DNA from: an uncultured bacterium
GTDB taxonomy: Bacteria > Krumholzibacteriota > Krumholzibacteriia > LZORAL124-64-63
Direction of reading: 5' to 3'
NCBI GenBank assembly: GCA_963732385.1
Contig: CAVSZB010000001.1
Location: forward strand, 81,193 to 145,192
Length of the DNA stretch: 64,000 nt
The notes under the pieces were generated by a model that ran no database searches, was not told the origin of the DNA, and saw only the letters and a list, made by a program, of their open reading frames with translations. Positions 12,126 to 22,590 of this stretch are shown piece after piece. Made by a program: the position numbers and the translations under genes. Every line of letters starts with the position of its first letter. Position 1 is the stretch's first letter.

Positions 12126-12719
12126 ATGTTTCGCCAGTTCGGCATCGCCGCGCGGATGACTCTCGTGACGTTCGTGCTCACGGGGCTGCTGTACCCGCTG
12201 CTCGTGACGGGGCTGGCGGGGGCGCTGTTCCCGCGCGCGGCGGCCGGAAGCCTCGTCGCGGTGAACGGCCGGACGGTCGGTTCCGCGTTGATCGGGCAGC
12301 GGTTCGACGGTCCGGCCCGGTTCCAGGGACGGCCGTCGGCTGCCGGGGTCGACGGGTATGACGCCGCCGCCTCCGGGGGCTCAAACCTCGGCCCGACCTC
12401 CGCGAAGCTGCGCGACCGGGCGGCCGTCGAACTGACGCGGCTGGTGGCGGAGAATCCGGAGGCTGACGGGCCCCCACCGGTGGAGTTGCTGGCGGCCTCG
12501 GCCAGCGGCCTCGACCCGCACCTTAGCCCTGCCGCGGCCCTTTGGCAGGCTCCGCGCGTGGCGGCGGCGCGAGGGGTCGCGCTGCGGGAAGTGCAGGCGC
12601 TCGTGGCGGCGCGGACGGAGCCCCGGACGCTCGGATTCCTCGGCGAACCGCGGGTGAACGTGCTGTTGCTGAACCTCGACCTCGACCGACGGTTCGGCCA
12701 GTCTGGCCTTTCGCCGTAG
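12126..12719 (+). CDS. kdpC: K+-transporting ATPase subunit C
   Basis: GSALIGQ, SGGSNLGP, SASGLDPH, GEPRVNVLLLN. Confidence 0.97.
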   Translation: MFRQFGIAARMTLVTFVLTGLLYPLLVTGLAGALFPRAAAGSLVAVNGRTVGSALIGQRFDGPARFQGRPSAAGVDGYDAAASGGSNLGPTSAKLRDRAAVELTRLVAENPEADGPPPVELLAASASGLDPHLSPAAALWQAPRVAAARGVALREVQALVAARTEPRTLGFLGEPRVNVLLLNLDLDRRFGQSGLSP

Positions 12720-12811
12720 AGGTTGCGCCGCTGGTGCGCCGCGGGCGGACCTTGCCCTGTTCCTAAGGACGGGGATACCATGACCGCGGCAGGACGGTCC
12801 GTGACGGGGAG

Positions 12812-15538
12812 TTGCCAATGCCCATTGATGACGGATCCGCCGGCGGCCGCGATGAACGGCCCGACCCCGACACCTTGCTCTCGCGGGTCGCTGCAGAGGA
12901 AGAACGGGCGCGGCACGGGCGCCTGCGGGTTTTTCTCGGCTATGCCGCCGGCGTCGGCAAGACCTACGCGATGCTCCAGGCGGCGCAAGCCCGCCGCGCG
13001 GAGGGTGCAGATGTCGTTGTTGCGTACGTCGAAACGCACGCCAGGCCCGAGACGATGGCCCTGCTTGAAGGCCTCGAGGTCATCCCGCGACGGAGCCTGG
13101 AGTACCGTGGCGCCAGGCTGAGCGAGCTCGATTCCGACGCGGTTCTGGCGCGGCGGCCGGCGCTCGCGCTCGTGGATGAGTTTGCCCACACCAACGCGCC
13201 CGGCTCGCGTCACCCCAAACGCCACCTCGATGTCGCGGAGCTGCTGCAGGCCGGCATCGATGTCTACACGACGCTCAACATCCAGCACGTGGAGAGCCTG
13301 GCCGACGTGGTGGCCGGCATTACCGGCGTGGAGATGCGGGAACGGGTGCCCGACGGCGTGCTCGACGCGGTCGCCGAGATTTCGCTCATCGACCTGCCGC
13401 CCGACGAGCTGCGCCGCCGGCTGCGGGACGGGAAGGTCTACGTTCCCGAGCAGGTCGCGCTGGCGACCGAGCGGTTCTTCCGGACCGGCAACCTGATGGC
13501 GCTGCGTGAACTGGCCACGCGCTGGGCCGCGCGGCGCGCCGACGACGACATGCAGGCGTTCATGCAGGCGAACGCCATCAAGGGACCGTGGGCGGCCAGC
13601 GAGCGGCTGCTGGTCTGTGTCAGTGGAAGTCCGCAGAGCGAGCGCCTGATCCGCGCGACGCGGCGCCTGGCCGACGAACTGCGCGCCGAGTGGCACGCCG
13701 TCCACGTGGAGACGACGGCGGTCGACCGGATCAGCCGGCAGAACCGCGAGCGCATCTGGAGCGATCTGGCTCTGGCGGAGCGTCTCGGAGCGCGGACGGC
13801 CACCATCGCCGGGGATTCGGTCAACGAGGCGCTCATCCGGTTCGCGCGCGACCACAACATCACGAAGATACTGGTCGGGCGATCGAGCCGGGGCAGGGGC
13901 GGCTGGTTCCGGAGTCCCGCACCCGCCGAGGCGCTCATCCGGGCTCGGATCCCCATCGATCTGATCCTCGTCGGCGACGATGGCGTCCCGCATCCACCCG
14001 AGCCGTCGCGCGAGTGGCGAAGGCACGCCTCGGCCGGCGACTACCTGAAGAGCGCCGCGTACGTGGCGCTCGCCACGCTGTTCGGCGAGCTGCTGCGCCG
14101 CCAGGTCTCGCCGACCAACCTGGTCATGCCGTACCTGGTCGCCGTAGTGCTGGCCGCGCTCCGTCTCGGGCGGGGCCCGGCCATCGCGGCGGCCGGCCTG
14201 AGCGTTTTCGGTTTCGATCTGTTCTTCGTGCCGCCCCGCCTCTCCATCGCCGTGAACGACACCGAGTACCTGCTGACCTTCCTCGGGCTCTTCCTGGTCG
14301 GCGTGGTGGTCAGCGCGCTCGTGGCGCGGGCGCGTGACCGCACCGAGGCGGCGCGCGACCGGGAGGCGCAGACCGCCACCCTTTTCGGGCTCAGCCGCGA
14401 CCTGGCGGTGGCCGGCGACGCCGACGCCATCGCCGACGCCACCGTGCGGCACATCGGCGCCTTCCTGCATGAGGAAGCGGTGGTATTGGTGGTGCGCGGC
14501 GCCCTGCTGGAGCCGCTCGGCGCCACGCCGCCCCCGGCGTTCGGTCACGAGGAACTGGCAGTGGCCGGCTGGGTGGTGAAGAACGGCCTGCCGGCGGGGC
14601 GGGGCACCGATACGGTCGGTTCCCTCGAGCGGACCTTCTTTCCTCTGAAGACATCCTCCGCCGTGGCGGGGATCATAGGCGTGCGTCTGCGCCAGCCGGT
14701 GACCGACCTGCTCGATCCCGGCACACGGCACATGCTGGAGGCGTTCGCGAGCCAGGTGGGGCTCGCCCTGGAACGCGTGGTGTTCGCCGGTCAGGCGCAG
14801 CAGACGAAAGTGCTTGAAGAAGCCGACCGTCTGCACCGGGCCATCCTGAATTCCCTTTCGCACGACCTGCGCACGCCGCTGGCCACCATCACCGGCGCGC
14901 TCAGCAGTCTGTCTGGGGACGGCGTGTCGATACCCGACTCCACACGGCGCGAATTGCTGGCCAATGCCCGCGAGGAGGCGGCCCGGCTGAACCGTTTCGT
15001 GGGCAATCTGCTGGACATGTCACGCCTGGAGGCGGGGGCGTTGACGGTGCAGGCCGACTGGCACGATGTCGACGACCTGATCGGGGCCGCATTGTCAGCG
15101 GTTGGCCCGCGGGCCGGCAGCCGTCCGCTGCACGTGCGGGTTCCACCGGACCTGCCGCTGATCCGCGTGGACTTCGTGCTGCTCGTCCAGGCGCTTGTGA
15201 ACGTTCTGGACAACGCGCTCAGGTATGCGCCGCCGGACAGCCCGATCGACGTCAGCGCTGGCGTGGTCGCGGATGCGGCCGGCGACGTGGTCGAGATCAT
15301 AGTCATGGACCGGGGGCCGGGCATTCCGGCTGACGACTTGGAAAAAGTGTTTGAGAAGTTCTATCGCGTGGAGCGTGGTGATCGCGGTAGTGGCACCGGC
15401 TTGGGACTGGCTATATGCCGCGGCATCGTGGAAGCTCACAGGGGAAGCGTGCGGGCGGAGACCGCCGTGCAGGGGGGCGCCCGCATCGTGCTGAGGCTGC
15501 CGGCCGGAGTGGCGCCGGCCCTGGAAACGGAACCATGA
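12812..15538 (+). CDS. kdpD: Sensor histidine kinase KdpD
   Basis: GYAAGVGKT, VDEFAHTN, Usp domain, TM block, SHDLRTP, GTGLGL. Confidence 0.97.
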   Translation: MPMPIDDGSAGGRDERPDPDTLLSRVAAEEERARHGRLRVFLGYAAGVGKTYAMLQAAQARRAEGADVVVAYVETHARPETMALLEGLEVIPRRSLEYRGARLSELDSDAVLARRPALALVDEFAHTNAPGSRHPKRHLDVAELLQAGIDVYTTLNIQHVESLADVVAGITGVEMRERVPDGVLDAVAEISLIDLPPDELRRRLRDGKVYVPEQVALATERFFRTGNLMALRELATRWAARRADDDMQAFMQANAIKGPWAASERLLVCVSGSPQSERLIRATRRLADELRAEWHAVHVETTAVDRISRQNRERIWSDLALAERLGARTATIAGDSVNEALIRFARDHNITKILVGRSSRGRGGWFRSPAPAEALIRARIPIDLILVGDDGVPHPPEPSREWRRHASAGDYLKSAAYVALATLFGELLRRQVSPTNLVMPYLVAVVLAALRLGRGPAIAAAGLSVFGFDLFFVPPRLSIAVNDTEYLLTFLGLFLVGVVVSALVARARDRTEAARDREAQTATLFGLSRDLAVAGDADAIADATVRHIGAFLHEEAVVLVVRGALLEPLGATPPPAFGHEELAVAGWVVKNGLPAGRGTDTVGSLERTFFPLKTSSAVAGIIGVRLRQPVTDLLDPGTRHMLEAFASQVGLALERVVFAGQAQQTKVLEEADRLHRAILNSLSHDLRTPLATITGALSSLSGDGVSIPDSTRRELLANAREEAARLNRFVGNLLDMSRLEAGALTVQADWHDVDDLIGAALSAVGPRAGSRPLHVRVPPDLPLIRVDFVLLVQALVNVLDNALRYAPPDSPIDVSAGVVADAAGDVVEIIVMDRGPGIPADDLEKVFEKFYRVERGDRGSGTGLGLAICRGIVEAHRGSVRAETAVQGGARIVLRLPAGVAPALETEP

Positions 15539-16221
15539 GTCGGTTGTGCGTTCTGGTCATCGACGACGAGCGACCGATCAGGCGGCTCCTGCAGAGCGCG
15601 TTGACGGTGCATGACTACGACGTGCACGAGGCCGCCGACGGCCTTGCCGGCATCGCCGCGGCCGCGAACCTGCGGCCCGATCTGGCGCTCGTCGATCTCG
15701 GGCTGCCCGATCTGGACGGGGTGGAGGTGATCCGCCGCCTGCGCGAGTGGGCGACGTTCCCCATCATCGTCCTGTCGGTGCGTGAGCGGGAGGCCGACAA
15801 GGTGGCGGCGCTCGACGCGGGTGCCGACGACTTCGTCACCAAGCCGTTCGGCATGAGCGAGCTGCTCGCGCGCATGCGCGCGGCGCTGCGGCGCGTGCTG
15901 CAGGAGGCTCCATCGCCGATGTTCCGGGCCGGTGGGCTCGAGGTGGATCTCTCGCGTCGACACGTTGCCGTCGAGGGGCGCGAAATCCTGCTCACGCCCA
16001 CGGAGTATGAACTGCTGCGGTTTTTCGTGATGCACGCGGGGAGGGTCGTTACGCACCGCCAGGCGCTGAAGCAGGTGTGGGGAGCGGCTTTCGCCGGACA
16101 GGCGCACCTGCTGCGCGTCAACGTGAGCAATCTGCGACGCAAACTCGAGCCGGAGCCGGCGCGTCCACGATATTTGCTGACGGAGCCAGGGGTGGGGTAT
16201 CGTCTGCTGGGCGATGATTGA
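15535..16221 (+). CDS. kdpE: Response regulator KdpE
   Basis: ATGA overlap with kdpD; VIDDE, DLGLPD, KPF, winged helix ending TEPGVGYR. Confidence 0.95.
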   Translation: MSRLCVLVIDDERPIRRLLQSALTVHDYDVHEAADGLAGIAAAANLRPDLALVDLGLPDLDGVEVIRRLREWATFPIIVLSVREREADKVAALDAGADDFVTKPFGMSELLARMRAALRRVLQEAPSPMFRAGGLEVDLSRRHVAVEGREILLTPTEYELLRFFVMHAGRVVTHRQALKQVWGAAFAGQAHLLRVNVSNLRRKLEPEPARPRYLLTEPGVGYRLLGDD

Positions 16222-16445
16222 CGGCGCGGAGGGGTGCGTCGAGATGGTGGCCTGAGGGGCTATCCGTATGGAGACAACTGCCGCAACAATGAGTTTGTGG
16301 CCTGTTGCTATCTCATCCCATCCACTGACCCGTTCATATCCGTACTTATTGCAATTCTGAACTCATCAGGAATTCCGCAAACTCATTGCCGCGATAAGCA
16401 GCCTCTGTCCGGAAGCGCTTCGCAACCCCCAGCCCCCCGCGGGGG

Positions 16446-18341
16446 TCAGGCGATGGTCCCGGGCGACTCCGCGGCTGCCGTCGCCGATCCCGCACGCAGC
16501 GTGAACCAGAAGGTGGCGCCACGCTCCGGTGCGCTCTCGGCCCAGACGCGGCCGCCGTGGCGTTCCACGACCCGGCGCACGATGGCCAGGCCGACGCCGG
16601 AGCCTTCGAATTCAGCGTGTGGATGCAGGCGCTGGAAGACACCGAAAAGCCGATCGGCCAGGGCGGGGTCGAAGCCGATGCCGTTGTCGCGCACGCCATA
16701 GGCGGGCGTCCCGCTGTCCGGATCGGGCGCGGAAACGACCTCGATAACGGCCTCGTCGCGGGGGCGGCTGAATTTGAGCGCGTTTGCCAGCAGGTTCGCC
16801 AGCACGAGGCGCACCATGGCGGAGTCGCCGTGCGCGGGCGGCAGTTCGACGACCTCCAGGCGTGTCCGACGGTCCGGCTCGTGGCGGCTCACGCGCGCGA
16901 ACTCTTCCCGCGCGAGCGCGGCGAGGTCAAGATCGACCGGCGCCATCGCCTCGTGGCTGAGCCGGTAGAAGACGAGCAGGTCGTCGAGCAGGTGGCGCAG
17001 GGCGCGGGCGTTGCCGCGCACGATCTCCAGCAGACGATGGCCGTCCTGCCCCAGACGGTTGCCGCATTCCTCGTCGAGCGCGGTGGCGAAACCGTCGATG
17101 GCGCGCAGCGGACCCCGCAGGTCATGGGAGACCGTGTAGGTGAACGCCTGCAGGTCGGCCGTACTCTCGACGGCGCGGCGCTCCATCTCCCGGGCTTCGC
17201 GCACGACCTGGGCGTGGAGTCGGGAGTGGTAAATCGCCAGGGCGAGCGGCGAGGCGACCTCGCGCGCGACCTCGACCGCCTCCGCGCCGAAGGCCCGCGG
17301 CGTGCGCGCGGCCAGGTTGAGGGCGCCCAGCAGTTCGCCCCGGGCGACGAGCGGAACGATGACGACGGTGCGCATCCCCTCTTCCCGCAACTTTCCGAGC
17401 ACGGGGCCGGAGTCGGACAGTTCGTCGAGATCGGGGAACTCGCCCACCCTGCCGGCGCGCAGGCGGTCGAGGTCGCTGCGCAGGTCCGCCAGCGGAAAGC
17501 GGCGGTTCGCGGTGATTTCCGTGTTTCCGTCCTGCCAGGCGGCGAGCAGCAATGCGTCGCGGGCCGCGAGATCGTACAGCGTCACACTGGCCCGCTGGCA
17601 CGGCGTGAGTAGCGCCATGCGCTCGACCGCGGCCTGCGCGATCGCCGCCGGCGAGCGCGCGGCGAGGATGCCGGTGTCGATATCCCTCAGCACCTTCAGC
17701 CGCTGGGCGTAGCCGCGCAGCGATTGCTCCGCGCGCCGCTGCTTCGTGACGTCGGCAATGAAGCCCTCGAGCGCGAGCAGCGCGCCGTCCGGAGCGAACA
17801 CGCCGCGCCCCCGTTCCCAGACGTGGCGCTCGTCGCCGCCGGAGCGGACCAGGCGGTAGGTCAGTTCGAACGGCTGCTGCGCGGCCACCGCGGTCTGCAC
17901 AATCCGCCAGACCGACTCGCGGTCATCGGGATGGATGAGGTCGTTAAAGGCCACCCGCGTGTTTCCAACCAGGTCGGCGGGGGGGTGCCCGGTCAGCTCG
18001 GCGCAGCCGTCGCTCACGAACTCCATCGTCCAGTCGCGGTCGTTGCGACAGCGGTAGGCCATGCCTGGCAGGTTGCTCAGCAGGGTGACCAGCACCCGCT
18101 CGCTCTCGCGCCTGGCCGAATCGGCGCGCTGGTGGCGGGCCGAGACCCAGGCGAGGGCGAAACCGAATGCCAGGATGGAGAGGAACGCCGCCGCCCGGAT
18201 CGAGAGGTCGTGGGGCTGCACGTGGAGGAGCAGGGCATCGAGGAAGGAGCGCTGGTGGAGCACAAAGGCCTCCAGCGCCGCGTCGGCCGTCCAGAAGAGG
18301 GCGCCGGACACGAATGCGAGGCCTGTGGCTCTGCGATCCAT
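16446..18341 (-). CDS. Membrane PAS-GAF sensor histidine kinase
   Basis: Two TMs, PAS (NLPGMAYRC...IHPDD), GAF, SHDLRGP, NALKF, DNGIGF, GVGLA. Confidence 0.9.
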   Translation of the reverse strand: MDRRATGLAFVSGALFWTADAALEAFVLHQRSFLDALLLHVQPHDLSIRAAAFLSILAFGFALAWVSARHQRADSARRESERVLVTLLSNLPGMAYRCRNDRDWTMEFVSDGCAELTGHPPADLVGNTRVAFNDLIHPDDRESVWRIVQTAVAAQQPFELTYRLVRSGGDERHVWERGRGVFAPDGALLALEGFIADVTKQRRAEQSLRGYAQRLKVLRDIDTGILAARSPAAIAQAAVERMALLTPCQRASVTLYDLAARDALLLAAWQDGNTEITANRRFPLADLRSDLDRLRAGRVGEFPDLDELSDSGPVLGKLREEGMRTVVIVPLVARGELLGALNLAARTPRAFGAEAVEVAREVASPLALAIYHSRLHAQVVREAREMERRAVESTADLQAFTYTVSHDLRGPLRAIDGFATALDEECGNRLGQDGHRLLEIVRGNARALRHLLDDLLVFYRLSHEAMAPVDLDLAALAREEFARVSRHEPDRRTRLEVVELPPAHGDSAMVRLVLANLLANALKFSRPRDEAVIEVVSAPDPDSGTPAYGVRDNGIGFDPALADRLFGVFQRLHPHAEFEGSGVGLAIVRRVVERHGGRVWAESAPERGATFWFTLRAGSATAAAESPGTIA

Positions 18342-18550
18342 GGCGGGCATTGACGCCACCGCGGAGAATAATCCGTCGCACGCCGGGCGGGGCGACATCA
18401 CGGCTCGCGGCAAAATGGGAAATCCGGAACCCCCGCCATCCTGCCGCCGATTGCCAGCGTCAGGCCGATCACCAAGGCTTAGTGTAGAGCGGACGCAAAG
18501 CGCCGTCAATGGCGGGGCGGGGATTCCCGCGCAACGGCGCCGTCAGGGCC

Positions 18551-20167
18551 TCAGAAGGCGGCGTTCCACTCCAGGAACGGTCGCGGCAGGTCGGCGAGCG
18601 CGTTGGCCACCAGCTCCACGAGGCCGCCGTAATGGATGCCCGAGCGCTCGGTGGCATGATAGAACGCGAGCAGGTCGCGCAGCTGCCCCTTGCAGTTGGA
18701 GCAGGGGGCGCACAGGTATTTGCGCACGGACGGATCCGGCCGGTCGGCGAACGCGTCGAGCACCTGCTTCAGCTTCATGCGCCCCGCCACGCTCAGTCGC
18801 CAGTCGGCGAAATTGTGCGGTGACATGATCGCGAAGCCGCTGCCGCCGCCGCAGCAGTAGTTGTGCACCCCGTGCGGTGTCATTTCGCGGAAATCGGGGC
18901 AGACCGCCCGCACGACCCGCCGCTGCGGCTCGACGATGCCCATCAGCCGCACGATGTTACAGGGGTCGTGCAGCGTGACCGGGAAGTTGTTGCGCGACGG
19001 GTCGAGGTTCAGCCGCCCGCGGTCGCAGACGAGATCGGCCAGCAGCGTCAGGATGCTCTCGCGCGGGACGTCGTACTCGACGCCGAAGATCCGGTCCGCC
19101 ACGACGGTGAGCGCCTTGTGCGCGTGCCCGCACTCCGCGATGACTATCTTCTTCACGCCGAGCTTCTTCGCGACCTGCGCATGCCGCAGCGCTACGCGCG
19201 CGAACTGCGCGTCGTCGTACCAGAGGCCGTAGTTCACGGCGTCGTAGCCGACCAGTTCGCTCGACAGGGTCCAGCTCACGCCGGCGGCGTTGAGCACGAC
19301 GGCGGTGGCGCCGGGGTTCTCCGGCCAGGCCACGAACTCGCCCGCGTTGTGCACGACCAGGATGTCGGCGCCCGCCTTGTCGATCGGCGTGGCGACCGGC
19401 CAGCCGGTCTTCTCCGTCATCTCGTCGTCGATGAACTCCACCGCGTCGCGCAGGGCGGCCGGCCCCATGCCGGTCGTGGAGCCGACCCTAAGCTGGAGCG
19501 CCGAGCCGTCGCGGTGCAGCTCGGCGGGCGCGAGGCCGAACTCCTGGCTGAACAGTTTGCGGATCTCGTGCGTGATCAGCCCGTTGTCCACCCCGACCGG
19601 GCAGGCCTGCGCGCAGCGCCGACAGAGCGTACAGCGGTACGCCAGTTCCGCCAGCCGGCCGATCGACTGCCAGTTGACCGGCACGTCGTGCCCCGCCAGG
19701 CGGCGCAGCACCGCCGGGCCGCGCCGCCGCGAGGCGGCCACGAAGGCGCGCAGCGCCTCGCCGCGGAAACCTGGCCGATAGATCTCCTCGCCACCGCTCG
19801 CAGTGTAGATGGGACAGGCGTCAGAGCAGGTGAGACAGCGGGCGCAGTGCTCGAGCGACAGCTGCAGCGGCTGCAGGAACGCCCAGTTGTCGTCGGCGGA
19901 GAGGAGCTTGCGCAGGCCGGTGAGGAACCGCTCCACGAGCGCCTCTTCCTCGGCCGGGCTCGCCGGCTTCGGGAAGCCGAGCGCCAGCACGCCGTCGATC
20001 TGCGCGAAGCGCTCGCTCGCGTCGGCCGACAGCGGCGGCCAGCCCGGCACGCCGTTGAAGTCCTCGTACGGTGGTGGCAGGCGCATCAGCTGCTGCAGGT
20101 CGCGCGTGGTGAGCAGGTCCGTATCGCGCCGGCCGAGATCGCGCGGGGTGACGGGACGCCGCGTCAC
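18551..20167 (-). CDS. DsrK/HdrD-like Fe-S oxidoreductase (2x[4Fe-4S] + CCG domain)
   Basis: CARCLTCSDACP, CTLCRRCAQACP, ECGH, HDPCN, CCGGG, APCSNC; GTG start overlaps upstream stop (GTGA). Confidence 0.85.
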   Translation of the reverse strand: MTRRPVTPRDLGRRDTDLLTTRDLQQLMRLPPPYEDFNGVPGWPPLSADASERFAQIDGVLALGFPKPASPAEEEALVERFLTGLRKLLSADDNWAFLQPLQLSLEHCARCLTCSDACPIYTASGGEEIYRPGFRGEALRAFVAASRRRGPAVLRRLAGHDVPVNWQSIGRLAELAYRCTLCRRCAQACPVGVDNGLITHEIRKLFSQEFGLAPAELHRDGSALQLRVGSTTGMGPAALRDAVEFIDDEMTEKTGWPVATPIDKAGADILVVHNAGEFVAWPENPGATAVVLNAAGVSWTLSSELVGYDAVNYGLWYDDAQFARVALRHAQVAKKLGVKKIVIAECGHAHKALTVVADRIFGVEYDVPRESILTLLADLVCDRGRLNLDPSRNNFPVTLHDPCNIVRLMGIVEPQRRVVRAVCPDFREMTPHGVHNYCCGGGSGFAIMSPHNFADWRLSVAGRMKLKQVLDAFADRPDPSVRKYLCAPCSNCKGQLRDLLAFYHATERSGIHYGGLVELVANALADLPRPFLEWNAAF

Positions 20168-21120
20168 GACGGCGTCTCCCGGTTGCGCGGCGTCTGGCCG
20201 TCGTCGTCGCCCACCACGTCGCCCCAGGTGCGGCCGCCGCCGCCGCCCACGTGCGGCGCCCGCCAGTTGACCGGACGCCGTAGTGCCGCGTCGAGACGCG
20301 GGTCGGTAGGCTCGCCTGGCCGGCGTGGCCGGTCGTCCCAGCGCACCGAGTGCCAGGTGAAGAACTTCATATAGGCGTGCGACATGAACGTGAATGGCAG
20401 GTAGCCGACGAACAGGCCGAACAGGCAGAGCTCCAGGTTGACCAGCGTCGGCGCGGGCGCCCCGGCGCGCAGCGTGAGGATCTCCCCGACGCGCGCCCGC
20501 AGCAGCGCCGCGGTGGGATCGGCGTACCGGCGCGCCGCCAGCCCGACTCCCAGCACGCCGATCAGGAACACCAGGTTCAGTAGCGCCGCCGGCGACGTGT
20601 ACGCCCGCAGCGCGCGGTCGCCCAGGCGCCGCGCCAGCAGCCCCACCGTGCCGATCAGCGCCAGCAGCGGTCCCTCCCACTCGAGGCTGCGGGTCGTCCA
20701 GTGCAGCGCGACGCCGAAGCTGCCGCTCTGCGCCAGCCGGAATCCGCCGAGAGTTTCCGCGATGCCGCCCGCCGCCAGCAGCAGCGAACCGGCCGCCATC
20801 AGGTAGAATCCGAGGTGGAACGGCAGCGACCAGAACCAGAGTTGCGGGTTGTGCTCGCGCACGCCCCGCAGCAGCAGGATCTCCCCGGCCATCGCACGCA
20901 GCATCGCCCGGCGATCGTGCGGCAGCGGCCGCGTCCACCAGTCGAGCTGCTCGAGGTACGAGCCGCCGTGCGCCGCCCGCGCCCCCTCGTGCGGGATCGG
21001 GTACAGCTCCCACCGCAAGTGCATCGGCATGCGGGCGTAGCGGACGATTTTGGCCGCCGCCCCCCCCAGCAGCAGGAGCAGGCCGAGCCACAGCAGAACG
21101 GGCGCGATCGCTTGCAGCAT
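20164..21120 (-). CDS. NarI/DsrM-like membrane cytochrome b subunit
   Basis: MPMHLRWELYPIPHE, SLPFHLG, YLPFTFMSH; several TM helices. Confidence 0.8.
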   Translation of the reverse strand: MLQAIAPVLLWLGLLLLLGGAAAKIVRYARMPMHLRWELYPIPHEGARAAHGGSYLEQLDWWTRPLPHDRRAMLRAMAGEILLLRGVREHNPQLWFWSLPFHLGFYLMAAGSLLLAAGGIAETLGGFRLAQSGSFGVALHWTTRSLEWEGPLLALIGTVGLLARRLGDRALRAYTSPAALLNLVFLIGVLGVGLAARRYADPTAALLRARVGEILTLRAGAPAPTLVNLELCLFGLFVGYLPFTFMSHAYMKFFTWHSVRWDDRPRRPGEPTDPRLDAALRRPVNWRAPHVGGGGGRTWGDVVGDDDGQTPRNRETPS

Positions 21121-21123
21121 CCG

Positions 21124-22365
21124 TCAGCGCTCCTCGCGCTCCCGCAGCCCCGTCGTCAGGGCGCAGCCGGCCAGCAGCAGGCAGCCGGCGCAGATGAACG
21201 ACGACCGGTAGGAATGGCTCGCGGCGTAGAGCGTTTGCGACAGCCGGCTCATCACGAAGCCGCCCACGCCCCAGGCCGTGAAGATGATGCCATAGTTCAT
21301 GCCGAAATGCTTCAGGCCGAAGCGGTCCTTGGTGAACGAGGGGAAGAGCGACAGGTTGCCGCCGTAGTTGAAGCCGATGGCGGCCGCCAGCAGCAGCAGG
21401 ACCGCCACGCCAGCCGTTCGTCCCGCCGTCAGCCAGGCGCCCAGGAACATCAGCCCGGCCTGCGTCGCCAGCAGCAGCATGAGGGTCCGTGGACGGCCGA
21501 GCCGGTCCGACGCCACCCCGGCGGCGATGCGGCCGCCGGCGTTGCCGATCGCCATCACCGCCACCGCCACGAACGCCGCGCTGCCCAGCGCCTTCTTGGC
21601 CATCTCGCCGATCGACCCGATCACCATCAGGCCGGCCCCGGCTCCGGCGAAGAAGGCGCCCCACAGCAGCCACGCCGTGCGGGTGCGCACCATGCGCGAC
21701 GGCGACATGTCGGCCGCGGCCGTCGGCGAGGGCCCCGCGCCGCCGGGCGGCGCCCCGCGCGCCGCCACGCTGTCAGCGGAGGGATTGACCAGCCGCAGCG
21801 ACAGCAGCGAAACGGCCACCATGAAACCGGCCCCCAGTACCAGCATCGCCTGCTGCAGCCCGGAGCGGTCGATCAGGTAGCGCGACAGCGGCGCGATGTA
21901 GACCGACGCCAGCCCGAACCCCGACACCACCAGCCCCGCCACCAGGCCGGTGCGCGCCGGCGGGAACCACTTCAGCGCCGGGGGGGTGGCCGCCGAGTAC
22001 CCGAAGCCGAACCCCAGGCCGGCCAGCACGCCGAAGCCGATCACCCAGGCCCAGTAGCCCGACGACTGCGACACGATCAGGAAGCCGAGTCCGACCAGCA
22101 GGCCGCCGGCGAACGCGGTCACCCGCGGCCCGAAACGGTCCTGGATCCGCCCGGCCAGGATCATCGAGAAGGCGAACACAAGGCACGCCACCGAGTACGG
22201 ATCGTTGAGCTGCTCGATCCGCCAGCGGAACGCACCGCCCCCCTCGATCGACTCCTTGATGGCGACTTTGAAAATGCTCCAGGAGTAGAGCACTCCGAGC
22301 GCGAGATTGATGCCGATGGCCGCCGCCGCCACGACGTAGCCCTGGTGCCGCGAACTCTTGGTCAT
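21124..22365 (-). CDS. OFA (oxalate:formate antiporter) family MFS transporter
   Basis: LGVLYSWSIF, GRIQDRFGPR, KWFP..RTGL, FGLKHFGMNYG. Confidence 0.9.
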   Translation of the reverse strand: MTKSSRHQGYVVAAAAIGINLALGVLYSWSIFKVAIKESIEGGGAFRWRIEQLNDPYSVACLVFAFSMILAGRIQDRFGPRVTAFAGGLLVGLGFLIVSQSSGYWAWVIGFGVLAGLGFGFGYSAATPPALKWFPPARTGLVAGLVVSGFGLASVYIAPLSRYLIDRSGLQQAMLVLGAGFMVAVSLLSLRLVNPSADSVAARGAPPGGAGPSPTAAADMSPSRMVRTRTAWLLWGAFFAGAGAGLMVIGSIGEMAKKALGSAAFVAVAVMAIGNAGGRIAAGVASDRLGRPRTLMLLLATQAGLMFLGAWLTAGRTAGVAVLLLLAAAIGFNYGGNLSLFPSFTKDRFGLKHFGMNYGIIFTAWGVGGFVMSRLSQTLYAASHSYRSSFICAGCLLLAGCALTTGLREREER

Positions 22366-22590
22366 GCCGAAAATGTCCCCCCGGACCGGGAATGCCCATC
22401 CGCGCGAACGGCAACGATCGCACCCGGAGGCGCCGTCGCGCAAACGCCGTGCGGTTGGGATGGCGAGGGGCACTATCGGCGATCCGCGGCGAGGCAGAAT
22501 AGTGATTGCATCCGGTTTCCTGCCTGTGGTCGAATGATCTGTCCGCGCCGGAACGGGGTTTCAGCGAGCCGGATTGCGAGGCGGTGCGAC

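Noticed and set aside
18551..21673. 1040-aa ORF as a single giant protein
   Set aside because: Only the part from GTG 20167 has Fe-S/CCG motifs; the upstream part is off-frame read-through across the cytochrome b and MFS genes
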